A stretch of 63,767 nucleotides of DNA, filler included, from Choristocarpus tenellus KU-1152 (taxonomy: Eukaryota; Protista; Phaeophyceae): NCBI GenBank assembly GCA_964200185.2. It is 12 parts of 12 records of this genome, joined end to end, with 100 filler letters (N's around TTAATTAATTAA, not from the genome) between each part and the next. Parts side by side here need not be neighbours in the genome. Positions count along the whole stretch, not along the records: positions 1 to 17,631 come from CAXNAD020000646.1; 11 more parts are not named here. One strand, given 5' to 3'. Positions within the stretch are counted from its first letter, which is position 1, and each line of letters opens with the position of its first letter. Below are positions 1 to 13,200 of the stretch, in pieces. The notes beneath the pieces were generated by a model. That model was not told the origin of the DNA and made no database searches. It saw nothing but the letters and a program-made list of their open reading frames with translations. The position numbers and the translations under genes are program-made.

Positions 1-63
1 AATCGCGACATGAAAAAATTGACCCCAAACGGACAGTCGCTACCCCCCCAGATACTTCAAGCC
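1..63. mobile_element. MITE family A, right-end fragment
   Basis: Matches the right half of the ~176-bp family A copies (aatcgcgacatgaaaaaattgaccccaaa...cccagatacttcaagcc). Confidence 0.85.
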
Positions 64-133
64 AGTGTACAATAAAAGAAACGTTCGTGTGTAATATATC
101 TTCTCCCTATACCTATAGAGCTAATCTGGATAT

Positions 134-391
134 GAGCCAAATTGTCTTAGAGGGTTGGGCCGCGTCCATTTGGGGGCCAACATCCAATGTTGCGATTTTG
201 ATGTAATTTTGGCTATCGTATTTTTTAGAAAGTGTCAATATCCTTGTTCTGGACACATATTTTCATAACATATATATTTTACCTACTCCGAACTATTTTG
301 GAGTAGGAAAATGTAAAAAAAAAACAAGGGAAAGCCAAGTCACCAATGGACAAATAGGGCAAAACTCGTATCCTCTAAGATACTTTCACTC
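134..391. mobile_element. MITE family B (~260 bp), full copy
   Basis: Termini gagccaaa...tttcactc with TAT duplicated on both flanks. Homologous to copies at 1459, 39143, 39711 and 40270. Confidence 0.85.
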
Positions 392-996
392 TATCTTCTT
401 CCTCAAACTACCAAAGTCAAGTGTCAAAATCAAAGTTTTGGTGTTCATACACCCTTGTCCTTGGGAGTTCCGGGCAATCGGAAGAAATAAGGGAGCCATG
501 TGCTTCATTATGAAACGAGTCATGTACGCGAGAGTCTCCTTGGACACCACACGAAAACTCCAGCAACAAGAAATGCTAGCTCAAGCACACTGTCCTCTCA
601 TCTATACTATAACTTGGTCGCAAAAAATGTTACATGGAACAAAGCAACCAAGCAGAGAGAATATAATGTATTGTTGGTCCATGCTTGCCAAACCTGATAT
701 GATCACAATGTTTTCTCCCAAGCAGCAACCAGTGCAAATGGTCAACTATCAAATGTACCGAAGGACCAAAATTGGCTAGGTCTCACCTCTTGCAAAAATC
801 TCATAATTTGACATATATATTTGGAGGCTCAGAACATAAACTGCCAAGAGTGCACATTCACCATTTCATTGAAAGGTGAACACATACATGTGTTAAAGAC
901 TGTCGTTGAATGTATTTGCTTTGCTCAACTCATAGACCCAGCCAAATACAATGTTCTGGTATTTGAAGTACAGTATTGATGTAGCAGTGCACATAC

Positions 997-3900
997 CTGA
1001 AGCCAAATTTCCAATGACCTTGGAGTGCTTCTCGAATTAAGAATTTTTGCACTGGGACTCAGTGATGATAGTTCAATACTCCTGCACTCAGTTGGAAAGT
1101 CCTCCTTATCCTGCGATAAGAGACAATAGTAATAGATCATCTAGGGAACGAGAAGGAAAAGCAGCCATCCTGGGGATAAGTAGTCGGGGGTTTTTTCCAC
1201 CCTTCTAATGAGATCTCAGACTGACCCAAAGTATCTGGGGGGGGGGAGGGGTTCCACACCAGGGTGTCCAGTTGGACCAAAATCGGGAAAGTGCATTTAC
1301 ATTATCCATCCAACGTCAACCAAATCACCCAAAAATCGCGATATGAAAAACTTGACCCCGAATGGACACCTGCCACCCCCTCCCAGATACTTTGAGCCAC
1401 TGTTGAACAGCAACACATGAAATATCTAAGCAGAACACTTTAAATGCACTTGAAGCACGAGCTAAGGCATTTAAGGGGGTAGGGCCGTGTCTGTTTGGGG
1501 TCCAAATCCCGATGTTGTGATTTTTATGTAATTTTGGCTATCTTGTTTGTTAGCAAGTGTTAATATCCTTGCTCCGGACATATCTTTCATGGTTGTACAC
1601 ATTTTACCTACTCCAAAATGTTTCAAAAACTAAAAAGGACATAAAAAAACTTGTGGGAAGCCAAGCCCTGAACGGACAAACAGGGCAAAACTTCCACCCT
1701 CTTGAATGCTTTTATCAGCACGTACAAGAAAAAAGGCATCGCATCAAACACTGACAGCTGATAGAACCAATGTAAGTTTTCTGTTCAGGAGCCCCCTGAC
1801 TTAACCACTATTGGAGATTGCTTAACCAAGCACACTGTGTGTGGAGCCAGAAATAGTACATGTAAGAACCTATAACATGACAGCTGGAGATTAATCACAT
1901 CTGCTAATTGCAGAAAGTGTCAAGAAAGCAAAGTACACTTATGGCATGACAGGAAAATATAAGATGCATGGGATACATATCATATTTATTGTGGGTCCAA
2001 CAAGTGACTCATCATGTGATGACTGGTGCAAAAAGCTTGATCTTGGATACATGAGGCTCAAAGTATCTGGGAGGGGGTAGCGGCTGTCCATTTGGGGTCA
2101 AAAACATTTTGTCGCATTTTTTTGGCGATTTGGTTGCATACGTCGGATGGATAATGTAAATGCACTTTTCTTGATTTTGGTCAAATGGACACCCTGGTCT
2201 AGATCCCTCCCACCCCCCAGACACTTTAGGTCTGATGTACTTTTAACTCTATACATGATTCGTTCTGCTAGCCATGGTGGAGGCCATTTTCGCCACACAC
2301 TTATGGATCAATAGTAGTCACTTGCCTCACCTTGACTCTGCCCTGAACTTAGAAAATATATGTGTGCCTGTATTCGCATTTTACCTTTTTGCTTTGTATG
2401 CAAGAATGAAGCATTCTCGTCATGACGATAGGCGGTTGATTATCACCTGCTGGGTAGATGCACCTCTACAACAAGCTGTGTACTAAGCAAAATACCGCAT
2501 AAAATTCCGGACATTCCACATAGGATAAAAACATAACAAGCAGGCATCATCACTCAAGTGTCTTGCATGAGGGATCAGCTACCAGAGAGGCTTCTAGCAT
2601 AGAGCTGGCAGTGGAGCCAGCCATCTCACCAGAGGTGTTAAGGCGGGTAGTTTGAAGTCACCACCCTTATTGAATGTTTCGCTCACAAAGATATCCGCCA
2701 GTCCCACCAAGCTTGAACAAGCAGAAGTGTTTGTAGTTTCACATCCAGAGCCAGGGAAGAAACAAAATTCAATATCAGGAAAACTGAAGGCCTCAACCTG
2801 TGTGACGTAGGGATGGATTGGGTTAAGTGCCAGAAGAAGTTGCAGTTCACTAAGGAACCCCTACTTGTAGGGAACCAACACTATATTGAGGAGTCACACA
2901 ACAACACCGAACATGGGGAAGTATGTCACCACGACACACCATGCATGTGGGGGTAGTTAGACTCCTCAATCTCACTATGGATGTACAGACCTGCTGTTGG
3001 TCTCAATGATTGATGTTGAGGATTCTATTTCTTACCTTCACACAAGAAATAAAAACAGAGGGGTTGATGGAAGTGTAGATCACGAATTTGAAATCTGTTG
3101 AAATAGAAGTTTGATGTTTTATTTGAAAGAAAGATTTGTTGTATCCAATATATTCAATAGGTTTGAAGTATCGAAACCTGGAGACGAGTATCAGGGGGTG
3201 AAATAGGCTTCCGGAACGTAAGGTGGCATAGTGGGGCATCCCTGAACATCCATTGAAACATAAACCAGGACAATCTCCTCATCCACATCATTTATCTTCA
3301 CCTGAACTCCCTCGGACAGAGTCTTAATTGTGTGCCAGGCTGAGCCACGCTTCGCACAGTGTGCTATGTGCTCGAGCCTGCACTTCTCACCTCTTAGCTC
3401 CATCACTCAGCCCAAAAGTAAGAGAGGCTGTGACAGGTGCACTAATGGTACTCTTCTGAATGACGGGCAATGATGAGATTGACTACGACCTCTGAAGGGT
3501 GATCAGCAGCCACTTCTGTAGGAAGTCTCTCAGGTGACACCCTCATGTTCTTCACTGTTCTGTCCGTCACTACAAACCCCACTGACAATATCCCTCTCTC
3601 CAATAGAGTGTTGGTGCCCACACTCAAGGCGAAGTTATCAGACCTATAATATAATGCTCTTGAATGAGAGTATCTTAAGGCTAAGTGGATAGACTGCCCC
3701 TTGCGGTATCTCCTCTATGAACACGTTGTCTAGCACATACGGAGTCCACTCTTGTTAAAAGTTAAAATACCACTGCTCCACTGGGGCAGATACTGCCGCA
3801 AGTCCTTGCTCCAGTGCAGCAAGGTAGCTGAATGTTTGACACGCTTGAACTCCTCCTTACCTACAGTTATACTTGATCTTCCACATCCACCCATCTACGA

Positions 3901-4992
3901 TCTCGAGCGTGTTCACTACTAAAGGGCAGCGTGACTTGCCAGATAATCCAAACTCATGGATTCTATGGTACCAAACTTGGAATTTTAAAAATTATTGTGG
4001 CATATGCAGGAATTCCCTTACTCCTGCGACCTGTTTCAAATACCACCATATCGACCACCAGGTAGATGATACCAACCTCCCCCTCACGAGTCTCGCCCGG
4101 AATTATAGAGTTTTCACCAGAAATCGATATCCTTTTTCAGCAAGGTAGTGTACTGGGTGGAGTCTCTCTCTCTTGTTCTTCTTGCTGGATTATTGTCGCG
4201 TGTCGTCCTATTAGTGTTAAAATATATCCCTAGTAATAATAACTAAGAGACGATTCCAGAGAGCACCTCCTGGCACTAGTCAGTTGAGAGAGGCTTATAA
4301 GGGCTTCGAGACTGTTACCCTCGTCCAACCACAAGCTGCTGGTACAAGTTCAGAGTGACCCCGCTGAATTTCATGGTCATTCTTGGGATATTTGAAATGA
4401 ATGCTAATGAGACCCGTCCTGGGAGATGGAAATTTTGAGCCCAGATACGCCCAGGATGTAGCCTTCAACAAAAACTCACTTCTACTGATGCGCTTGTAGC
4501 AGGATTCTGGAGCTTCTTCGCCGCCATGACAATGATCCACATGCCGTAGCTTATCCAGACGATGACGAGACACACCCAAATGGCATTAGCACGGCGCCGG
4601 TTCTCCCTCACCACCTCCGAAGGTGCCCTGTGGATGTGCAAGTGACATGGGCGAGTTACAGTTCATCTGCAAAGGATACAAATAACGCTGTCAGATGATT
4701 CCTCAACTCAGCAAATGTCTTTGACACCATACGTTCAGCAAGAATGTCAAGTAGAGTAAGTGGTTTCCAGGGATATCTCACCACATCCACTTCGAGTCGC
4801 GTTGAATGTACAAAATAAACACAGGGCACTTTCTGGTGAAGAACAACCAAACGTTTGGAGGTCTCTGGATGGATTGACTGAGTTACAATTCAGTTTTTTG
4901 TTGTCTGCTAACTCCGATTGTAACAATTGAGGCAGTGATAGAAACATTTGACAGCAGGATGCCGTGGGTGACAATTACACGGGATACCCCAT
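997..4992 (-). CDS. Candidate two-TM trimeric channel (ENaC/DEG- or PAC/TMEM206-like), 5' four exons
   Basis: Phase-compatible GT-AG exons 4992-4979, 4627-4480, 2797-2630 and 1110(or 1140)-997. They give MGYPVAPSEVVRENRRRANAIWVCLVIVWISYGMWIIVMAAKKLQNPATSASVE-VEAFSFPDIEFCFFPGSGCETTNTSACSS...LTPL-DKEDFPTECRSIEL...EIWLQ. This is a short N-tail, one TM helix, then an NP.TS...FPDIEFC motif. No further exons were found before the window edge. Confidence 0.65.
1223..1398. mobile_element. MITE family A, full copy
   Basis: TIRs gacccaaagtatctggggg / cccagatactttgagcc; ACT duplicated on both flanks. Confidence 0.9.
1459..1717. mobile_element. MITE family B, diverged copy
   Basis: Interior matches 134-391; GCAC on both flanks. 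Confidence 0.8.
2055..2232. mobile_element. MITE family A, inverted copy
   Basis: TIRs ggctcaaagtatctggg / cccagacactttaggtc; TGA duplicated on both flanks. Confidence 0.9.
3190..3880 (-). mobile_element. Decayed non-LTR (LINE, RTE-like) reverse-transcriptase fragments in an intron
   Basis: VKIND...VQGCP resembles the RT QGCPLSP motif. A frameshifted EEFKRVK-FSYL resembles the F.YLG motif, and LYYRSDNFAL is also present. Many stops, and motifs are out of order. Confidence 0.45.
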
Positions 4993-7282
4993 CGTCCCTG
5001 CCCTTCTCGTTCTTTCAACAGTACAGTCCTAACCCATCAATCGTGTTAAATCTCAACACAATCGCGTTCTTGGTCCAGGCCACAACCGTGATACGGATAC
5101 ACGATCATGGGATATTCCAATCAATTTGGTATTTTTCCAGTAAATATTTTTTGTTTAGTATATAGTAATTGTATGTAGTGAGAGTAACACGATTCGACTC
5201 GTTGGAGTATATACTATATATTATTTGTTCTCTAGTTGTTTTTAAATACATAGTTATTTGTTTATATTACTTCAATGGTTGTCTTGTTTTCTTCTATATA
5301 TCAGTAGGAACTAAAATTGTGAAGTTAAGATCCAGAAAAATAAATTCCTAACAGAAGTATTTTAGTATCTTGTATACAACAATAATTATCATACAGAAAA
5401 AACGAAGAAATATGAAGAGGAGAAGGGAATAGAAGAGTATTAATGTAGGTTTTGGGAATGTAGATGGGGACAACGGTTGCTACGTCGAATTAGTTGCACA
5501 ACGGTGAGATGGACAGGAATAGGGTGATGGTGAAGAAAGAGGTGTGACATTTGTCAAAACAAATGATGTGTGAGATGGGGCCACACATACAAGAAGTATA
5601 GAATTGCATGTTAGTGTGTCGCTTAGGAGGTTTTCTCAAAGGTCCATTGTTCCTCAAGGGGATCGGAGATAGAGATAAAGAGTCCATGGAGATTCTGTGT
5701 CCAGAACTAGAACTGAGGATCCATGGTGACTCAATAGTGAATCAAGAGGAGGATCATAGCCAATATTGTCGACGAGAGAATTGCCACTACATATGATGTT
5801 CTACTACTCGGAAACGAGGAAAGACCCTAAAGGAAACTGTCAATGTGAGAAATGTCAAGGAATATGTTTCTCACACTTGTCAAATATGGAGAGCTGTGAG
5901 TGACACTCCCAACCTGACATTTGACATTGGAGGTTGCCCTCAGACCTGGTTTCCACATCAACCCCTCCTGGCCATGAGCTCACAAGCTCACACCCACAAC
6001 AAGGCTAACCCAGCCGTATGAGAACAGGGCAGGAGGAAGAGCAGATTGACACTCAAATAGTAGTGATGAGTCCACTATGCCAAAAAAATAACAGACAAGC
6101 AATTACCCACATAATTTGTTTCTGTGTGATCTAAAAAATCCCTCCAATTATGGGGATTTAAAAACTATTGAAGAAAATTACCGACATGGGTTTTCCCTGT
6201 TTGTGGATAGTGCTGATACACTATAGACACCACCAGTGGAGTAGACTAGGAAAGGTAGAGCGAGATATGTGTTTCCATATATTTCAGTTGAGCTCTACCC
6301 AACGTTCATGTGTCGTAGGGGCCTGGTATTAGATTATCAGTTAATATATCATACATGGTACATTTTATCCAGTTAGAGTATTCTTTGCTGGTTATGTATG
6401 TGGACGTTTGCAAATCCCAAATGGCAGTCTACAACTGTCTTACACCATAAGTTCAGTCAGTGGAATTGAGACCACAAGCCCCTTGTAACACTAACCTTAT
6501 ATATTCACATCAATCTACTTATTGTCCTCTACCAAGCCACACGATTGATCATCTTTACCACAAATCCAGTGTGAATACTTCAATATTCCCCTGTGTAGTC
6601 TCCTCTACTTGGGTAAACTACTATGTACTGGAGAGAATTCCCATATGGGTTTTCCCTGTGTAGTCTCCTTCAGATGGTGGAGGTACTAAGGGCTGGAGAA
6701 AATTTCCACCTGGATTTTCCCAGTGTAATATCTACTCATCTGGGAATGCACGATACCTTGAGAAGTCGGTGGGTCACGAAGTTACCATACTTGCAAATCC
6801 TCCTTGAATACACAAAATCGATTAAGAGCAGACAAGGTGCACGAGCTTTTAACTGGTCTAACAGGCATGCTAAAAAGCTCTCTCGAACAGAACATGACCC
6901 CCAACAAACAGCAAGAGCCCTTAGGAGAGAAAAACAACCTATGTTTTTCACATGTAAAACAACAGAATGATAAAATCGAAGCTCAACTCTGAGGTGAAAC
7001 GGATGAAATACTTCAGGAACAGACAGACAAACAATTACTCAACATGGACATTATGCAATCCCCCAACCATTGATTTGGTCAAATATTGAGATACCATTGC
7101 CCCAGTGAAAAAATGGTTTGTCAATGTTTGATATGATCAGCTAGGTCTTGTATCGTGTTACCTACTGGTGATTGAAGGTCTGGAGGTTTTTCAGAAAGTG
7201 CAGGGCCGAGAAACAATCAATCAAAGCCCACTTTGCTCCAGCAACGCCTCTGCCCTTGCTCGAATCAACCAACGTTTGAGGG

Positions 7283-10200
7283 TCAGACGCTTGTACTAGT
7301 TGTGAAATAACCGCAATGTGTTGTCTCTGAACTGTTGTGCTCATGCTTCCCCTTCATCTGGTCACTGGCGCCCTCTAGTACCACTGCTAGCATCAGGTTC
7401 AGGATAACAAACTGTGATTGCAAATTAAGTAAGAAGAGAAAAGGTGTGACCCAGATTAGAAGATGTGTTGAAGGGAGTGAATTTGGAATGGAATTGTCCA
7501 ACGGAGTTGATGGTAAAGATCTAGTTTGAGTGCATTTTGTGCGGAGTGAGAGATGGACTAGGAAAGTAAAGGGCCATTGCCATAGCATATAGTTGGATAT
7601 CATCTCCAGGGCACTATTAGGGTAGTAGGATATCAAGAGTAGATATCTGGGTAAACTGTTTTGAGAAATCTGGAATCACAAACGGTGTTGGTCAGTCTGT
7701 GCTAGTGTATTATTTTTCCAGAGCATTGTATTTGGAAATGTGATTGTAATACTGGGATCATTATTGTGTTCTCTCTCTCAATTTTTTCACTCTCCAGGAG
7801 TGATACACATTGTATGTCAACTATTTTGGAAACCGCTATGCTTGCTCTATCAAAGTATATGTACATCTTGTTGAGCACATCAAGTATCCTGTATCTAAAC
7901 GGAAACGTATTGAGTCTTCACCAGCAGCTCTAGAACGACTTGTCTGGCCAAGCACAATAAGCAGCACAAAGTAGAGCGAGGCAAATACATTGGTACTGCC
8001 AATAGTCTGATGCATGATTGACACCCAATCATCTCCGGCAATGATCGAGAATACCTTTTGTGGTGGGGTTGACGGACCAAACCTGGGTTGGGTAAAATCA
8101 AGGTTGTCCAAGCCATTGGTAGAGACTATTCACAACATCAGTGTGATGTAAAAGTGTGCTTGGAGCTACTAAACGGAATTGGGTGGTGTTGTCACAAATG
8201 TGTTTGCAAAAAAAAGCTTAAGCATGTGGCAACACCAACAAATAACAATATTGCTAACATCGTTTCTAATAAATGAATGTACTCTAAGCAGTAATAAATA
8301 TCACCTGGGGTTGATGGCACATGTAGAGTACCAATTACACGTGAGCACAAGCACATTCAACAAGACCTTGGAAAACAACTGGTAGCCCTCACACATTGAT
8401 GTATGTCCCAAGGTAAGGTGAAATCAAAATGCTTTCAGCTACTCCTGCACAGGCAAAACAGACAAGCTGACTTGTGGTGCAATATTTCCCCTAGGTAACC
8501 GCCCTGGAATCACAAGCCTATCTATCAAGGATCACCTGAGCGGACGCTATGCAAACCAAGCATATCATGAGGAGAGTGGCACATCATTTTTGAAGCAGAT
8601 CAGGAGAAGGTAGAATGAACAAGAATGGGGTGATGCAAGAGGAGGGTTGTTGCTTGCTCCTCTCTTTCTATACCGCACGGTCTTGCCTGTACAAAGGACC
8701 AGAAAAAAGTGTCAAAGCGGACTTGTAAAGCGTGGGGAGCATCTGCATACTCCTCCAGATCAGGATCCATTACACCACCAAAGAGCTGCATACCCAGGAT
8801 TGTGAAGACAAACATAATCAAGAGCATCAGCATGACGATCGGCCAAAGGTCCCATGCTGACTTCCCGATAATACCCAGCACAGTCTTGACCTGGAATTCG
8901 GTGATGCCAATCAAACAAAGACAAGGTACCCATATTGGTAATGTATGTGATATGGTGGAATCAGATGTGATAAAGACAGACACTCATGCTGAGGTGATGC
9001 CTTCTTTGCAGTGATGGGGGAGTACGAGTCGCTACATACACCTACCTGCCGCTTGAGATACTGAATGTGGGAGTGGGACATAAACAGAACTCAATCATTT
9101 CAGAAAAAATATTCCACAAAACAGCAACGATATCAACACCAATCAGGTTGGGGGAGGTTTCAGGTTGCAGAGCGAATGAATGCGTCCTATTGACCCAGTG
9201 CTAAATTGGCAGTTCTATTAGCGTGATTGTTGTTTTTCATTCCGATTATGCCCTCTACTGATCATGATTGCAATGGCTACACTGCATAGAATAGCTTGAA
9301 ATAGTTTCATCATACTCTACGTTTTCAACCCTACTGCCCAACAAGTGTCCTTCCCATCTATCTCACATCTATGTTACATGTCCCTGCTCCCAATTGCAAT
9401 ATTTCATCACCCTGAACCATCCTGTATGCACTGTTGTGTAGATTCACTCTTTCAATCCACAACATTTTCTCCTGCTGACCACATCAAATTTATTGTTGTG
9501 CTTGAGATCTCACAGTCTTGGCCAGGCGGCCTATTTTCAGCACCCTGAACAGGCGTAACATCTTCATCACTCCAAGCAATCCAACGGTTTCCTGGTGAAC
9601 CACAAAGTGGAAGTGACAAAATATGGGGCACATTTCCACTGTGTAATGTTACACAGCTATATATTAGGGCAAGGGAGGGCTTGGATTACTTGGATTTCAC
9701 GATCTTCGAACAGTTGAAGGAGTCCAAAACTCAGATATGTATCTAAAAAAATCTTTGTGACCTTCATATTTGGCATATCATCATTAAAAGTAAGGGTGCA
9801 ATCAAATGGCAATATGCTGAAGTTGAGGTTTCTGAGATAGCCATCTGACTCTGTGCAATAGGAGCCAGAAATTAGGGATGTTTTGAAAATAAACATGCTA
9901 GTCTCACCAGGAAAGGCCGAAAGCAGTTCCAAAGATATACCTCCATAACTACTGGAAAAACAGCAAGTATATACCCACTCCCCAGAACAGGACGAACCGT
10001 TTGTTGGTGTTTTTTCTTCAGGGGGTTCAAGATAGAAAATTGTTGTGCAGGTATTGTATACTACCATCTTGAAGGCTTTCTGAAGGTTTTCTTGTGTCCA
10101 TTTGAAGACCAAAGTCAAAGTCTAATTGATCAGTCATTATTATAGTCAGAAGCTGAAATTGCCTAGTCTTCCTTAGAACACAGCCTACCAAATAACTTGA

Positions 10201-13200
10201 GACATTCTTTTTGATTTAAATTTGATTTGTGGATATATGTATAGTACCTGATGCAGGTGTGACTCCTATACCTCGAACTGTAATGACTAAAACGTATTTT
10301 TACCTTGTATTCAAGTAGAAAACCTCCATAGGGCTAGGTTTTCCCTGTTCGAAAGGAGTCTATATCACTGTTGCACACTTACCGGTTAGTGTCCATTACA
10401 GGATTATACTATGCTTTGCTTTCCAATATTTTGATCCAGTCAGATACAAAATATTGACGCCGGCTTCCTAGGAACACGATCCTACCTTACTACCTGAGAC
10501 TGTTTTCGACATTGATCTTGATGAAGTTATCATTGACGCCAAAGAAACACAAAGCATCTGAGGATCAACTCAAAAAATCACACAAAATTTCATGATTCCC
10601 ACAAAGGATACGTCCTCCTCATTAAGAGGAAATCCAAGGTTACAATTTCAGCTTACAACTCAAAACACTAGCTTAGATATGCCGTTTCAAGACATTCTTG
10701 GTGAGATTAGCATGTATAACTCTATATACGAAATTCGGAGTACGAACCTCACTAAGGTCTCCACTTTGTAATACCACTGGAAATTACTATTCACTTATTG
10801 TGATCGCAAAATAGTGTTAATTGGGAAGGGTACTGGTGAATACATGGGAACAAGGTATGCAGATGGAGATGGCTAAGTTCAAACGTTTAATCTCTTTCCC
10901 TTCCTTCTTCCAGTACTGTATCAACTTGGTACTTGGTTCATACCCTACTTAACCACTGTACTCCACTACCTGGGCTTGCTACAAACCTCGTCAACATTGG
11001 CATATTGCAGACTCAATTCCACCAGTGAGCCCACAGAGATGAAGCAATCAAATCGATTCCACCTTTTGGGAGAGAAATGTGTGAACGTCTGAGAAGAGTA
11101 AGACTAAGATGATGGAGACTCACAGAGAGAGGCATTGAGAGCTCAGAATCCATCACCTATAGACAAACTGCTTGTGAGGCATTTTGCAATCAAGGAGTGC
11201 AGCATTATATCGCAGGCAAAACATACTCACCCTTACTCTTCATACTCATTTAGGAAGCCTTGGAATGGGCCGCAACATCCTTACCTAGTTTTGAAATATC
11301 TCTTCCTGCCCAGAACGACCAGCTTGATGGACATCTCTATTGCGAACATGATTGTAAGGGATAAGCTCATGGCGTCCCGAATTTTCGCCACGCCATCGCC
11401 TACCCCATGCCCTCCCATGGCCAGTACGGCAATGTTCCCAACGATTGCAATGTAGATCACCTATCTTGTCCCAGTCACAAAAAAAACATGGGTACATTTA
11501 TGCACACAGAAACACACATGCACAAGTGCTTACAAAGACTTTGTGTGGAAGTAAGGTTCAAATATGGGGAAAGTAATCAATTGAAAATATATGAGATTGG
11601 TACACGAAGATAAGTGTGGAAATTTTTCCATATATAATGTGTTGAGGACAAGAGTAGGAAAGAGAAATAAATATGCAATGAAAATGCGCCTGTTGTTTTC
11701 AAAATCAGGCACAGGATCAAGGTGTGGACAGGTCGGATTGAGGCAGGGGCGTATCTGGCAATAGTGACAAATTGTCAGTTCAGGTAAGGAGGAGATGCGC
11801 AGTAACCTGAAGAGAAAGATGGGGGGGGAGAGAAAGAGAGAGATGATAGGATGGCAGGTCAGTGGTGAGTCTACAAGTGTGCTCAGCCAAGATGGTCGAG
11901 CGACTGGATTTGAGATATATACTAGAGAAGGGAGGGCGGCGAATTTGGATTAGTGAGTGTGGGAGGGTAGGGAGGAGCAGATAGAAAGGTAACAGATTGG
12001 AAACGTTGGGGAGGTGGGGGTGTTACAAAAAGAGAAATTGGAGTGTTGGGCAGAGGAAGGACTAATGAGCCGGATGGGAGTTATCCTGGTTGTTTGCAAA
12101 GGGTACTCATTCATTACGGTTGCTTCAATGTTTATTGATTGGCTTAAAAATATAGACGTTCCATAATAGCTTCCTAAACAACACATTCTCCCTTTTCTTT
12201 GGTTTTCTATCCTGGGTATTTTGGTATTGTCCTTTCTGACTAACTAGACCATAAGAAAACGGAATCGATACTTGCTGAGATCCATCTGACTCCTTTTGAT
12301 TTTGAGTTGATACTAGATAAGTTGGAGACTGGGGAAATCTGATTGTAGTACCTGTAGTCTGGTGTACGGATTTCTAGCTCAAGGGATTGTCAATATATAT
12401 GTCGGTGCAAACCTGTGAGAAGAAGGAATCTTCACTCTGTACGGCATTAGAGATCTTAGGGTGCCTTACTGTGATAATCAACCGATCCCAAGCCTCCCTT
12501 ACAATCCGAAGTGTCCTTGCCATCCTTCCATCAGGGTTGCACTGACCAGGACCCCATTGTGAACGGACGCCAGGTCAGGTATGAGGTGTGAGGAATAGAT
12601 GCGTGCAAAAAAAGATTATCCGAAACGTTGAAGGAAATAACAGATGCAGTGTGCCCTAAAAATGATTTCATGGATGGTTTATTGTGCACGTATCCTGCTG
12701 ATACAGTCAAGAGCTTTGGAATCGGTTTTATGGGGTAACTTTAGGTACTATATTTGGTGAAAGAGTGCTAGTCACCGTGGATGCCAAATCCATGAAAGGT
12801 CAGATGGAGGGTTAGGAAGAACAATATGTGGTCAAACCTCCTATGACAACCCTTTCATTTTACGCAGGGCTGAGGTCGAACTACCCAAATTGCAGCAGCA
12901 CCTTGGAACTACCACTCACACATTTGAGAAATATTTCAAGCACTCAGCAACCCACCACGACTTGTTCACCTGGATATTCATCCAACTGAATGGTGCAACA
13001 ACCCGTGTGACGCCTGTGAGGTTGTGGTACAACCTGTCCCTGATGGTAGACCTACCACTATCACCCCCTCCTGGCATAGCAAGGAAAGAGGGTCGATTCT
13101 CCAGCCCGAGTACTGTATCTCGATGCTTCTTCTGGATAGGATGAAGAGAGTTGAGAAGAGGTGGAAATTGATTGGCAAGCTTGCATGGGTGGTCCCAAGC

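Noticed and set aside
1208-1420. Recurrent short ORFs (KYLGGG...KCIYIIHP...RYFEP)
   Set aside because: Chance translations of MITE family A.
9657-10118. 153-aa ORF inside a channel intron
   Set aside because: It does not fit the exon chain and has no recognisable motif; probably TE debris.
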